Source: Microthyrium microscopicum
Lineage: Eukaryota
Length of the DNA stretch: 39,641 bases
Assembly (NCBI GenBank): GCA_010405405.1
Contig: MU004231.1
Span: forward strand, 3,597,486 to 3,637,126
Reading direction: 5' to 3'
Shown in pieces: positions 38,437 through 39,641 of this stretch; position 1 is the first letter of the stretch, and each line of letters starts with the position of its first letter. The notes under the pieces are model-generated. The model was not told the origin of the DNA. It worked only from the letters and a program-made list of their open reading frames with translations, and searched no databases. The position numbers and the translations under genes are program-made.

Positions 38437-39641
38437 ATTATAGGTTCCCCTTCCTTTTTTAACTTAGGAAATATACTAATAATTAGAACGAAGCATAATA
38501 TTAATTATTATAAGTAAGATACTAAGGTATACTAAAATGCCTAATTTCTAGGTTAAAACCTAGCTTTATAACCTTATAGTTAACAAAGTAAACGTTCTTT
38601 AAGTAAAATAAATTAGTATTAAATCTTAATAGTTTAGTAGAATAAGTTAGCCTTAGATATTAAATCCTTATATATATTAGTCTAAACCTTAGCTTTAGTT
38701 TAAGTACTTTTTTATCTTTTAAAGTATATTACTTATCTTACTACTCTTATATAGTAAACTAGTTACTTTCTTAATACGTCTATATATATTTATTAAGTTA
38801 ATAATATTTAGAGTCTATTAGCTACTTAGTATAGATAATAAATAGTACTATAGATTAATTAGGTATAAGTTTATTAAATACTTAAGAGTTAAGCTATATT
38901 TTAGTTCCTAATATAGTAGTATCTATTCTAGCTTTAAAAAATACCTTAAGCTTAGTATTAAAAAGTAGCTCTATATTAGGCTTAATAAGAGCTTTTAGTA
39001 AAATTTAAGAGCTAGCCTCTATCTTAAGTTAAAGAAACAATTATAACTTAGTTTTAATAAAATGCTCTAGAGCTTATTTAATAAGGTTCTTAAGCTTTAT
39101 AATAGAAGTAGCCTATAACTCTAGGCCTAAAGCTTATTTAATAAGAGCCTTAAGCTTTATAATAAAAGAAGCCTATAACTCTAAGTCTAGAGCTTATTTA
39201 ATAAGAATCTTAAGCTTTATAAGGAAAGAAGCCTATAACTCTAGGTCTAGAGCTTATTTAATAAGGGCCTTAAGCTTTATAATAGATAAAGCTTATAACT
39301 CTAGTTCTAGAGGTTATTTAATAGAGGTTATAAAATAAGGTATTTACTATAACTCTTAGTTTAGTAATTATTTAATAGAAGCCTTAAGCTTTATAATAGA
39401 AGGAGCTTATAACTCTAACTCTAAAGTAGTATTTAGTAAGTTAGAGTTAATAACTATTAGTAATTCTAATACTAAGAAAGTATCTTAATTAGACTTTTAG
39501 TATATATTAGCTAGGTCTAGTAGTCCTATTTAATAAAACTAGAAAGTATTACCTATTCTTTATATACTAGTAGGATTTAACTAAAAAATAGTATTTTATA
39601 GTACTATAAATATTAGGTTCTATTTAATAGTACTAATTAGC
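38437..39641 (-). pseudogene. 3' part of a RIP-degraded ORF with Pro/Glu-rich repeats and an unrecognised globular C-terminus
   Basis: Continuous minus frame ending ...DLFYLENVYFVDYEVMKLGFDPEIRHFGVP...RKRKGNPQ*; 5' end outside window. Confidence 0.55.
39060..39430 (-). repeat. 60-bp (20-codon) tandem repeat, ~5-6 copies
   Basis: agcttatttaataag repeats every 60 bp (39070-39330). De-RIP reading ~EPQASLPTEPEAPVEQAPDP. Confidence 0.9.

Larger units (their letters stand above)
1..39641. mobile_element. RIP-inactivated giant gene-carrying element (interior; ends not in window), containing a Plavaka transposase
   Basis: Uniform extreme CpA/TpG depletion and TpA excess over about 10 different fossil ORFs. 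RIP acts on duplicated DNA, so the block was probably multicopy. A transposase relic is embedded among the ORFs. Confidence 0.7.

Noticed and set aside
1..39641. Organelle, AT-rich bacterial or alternative-genetic-code (TAA/TAG=Gln) DNA
   Set aside because: Specific loss of CpA/TpG on both strands, loss of ATG/TGG codons, spliceosomal introns and transition-dominated differences among repeats point to RIP.
1..39641. Starship captain (DUF3435), LTR retrotransposon pol, or Helitron Rep/Hel
   Set aside because: I recognised no tyrosine recombinase, RT/integrase or HUH/PIF1 motifs, and the helicase has SNF2-type motifs. Such genes could still lie outside the window or in gaps.

Overview
The whole 39.6-kb window (three N gaps) is very AT-rich fungal DNA with a strong Repeat-Induced Point mutation (RIP) signature: CpA/TpG is almost absent, TpA is saturating, and stops are nearly all TAA/TAG where CAA/CAG/TGG would be expected. 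I found no intact genes. Reversing the C>T/G>A changes by eye reveals a gene-dense fossil region. It contains a Plavaka-family (CMC-like DDE) transposase (minus, ~15150-19277), a ~2100-codon apparently intronless SNF2-family helicase (plus, ~26847-33235), and a ~1660-codon ORF with a tentative Ulp1-like domain (minus, ~19500-24493). It also contains a tentative BAH-like protein, a small spliced Cys/Lys-rich protein, several unknown low-complexity ORFs with in-frame repeats, and non-coding tandem arrays. Clusters of a TCTAGA-like motif (possibly ancestral TCCGGA) sit just upstream of several ORFs, including the transposase. The best interpretation is the interior of a multi-copy giant (>39 kb) cargo-carrying transposon, probably Plavaka-mobilised, inactivated by RIP. 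No termini are visible. All protein readings are manual de-RIP reconstructions and gene ends are approximate.
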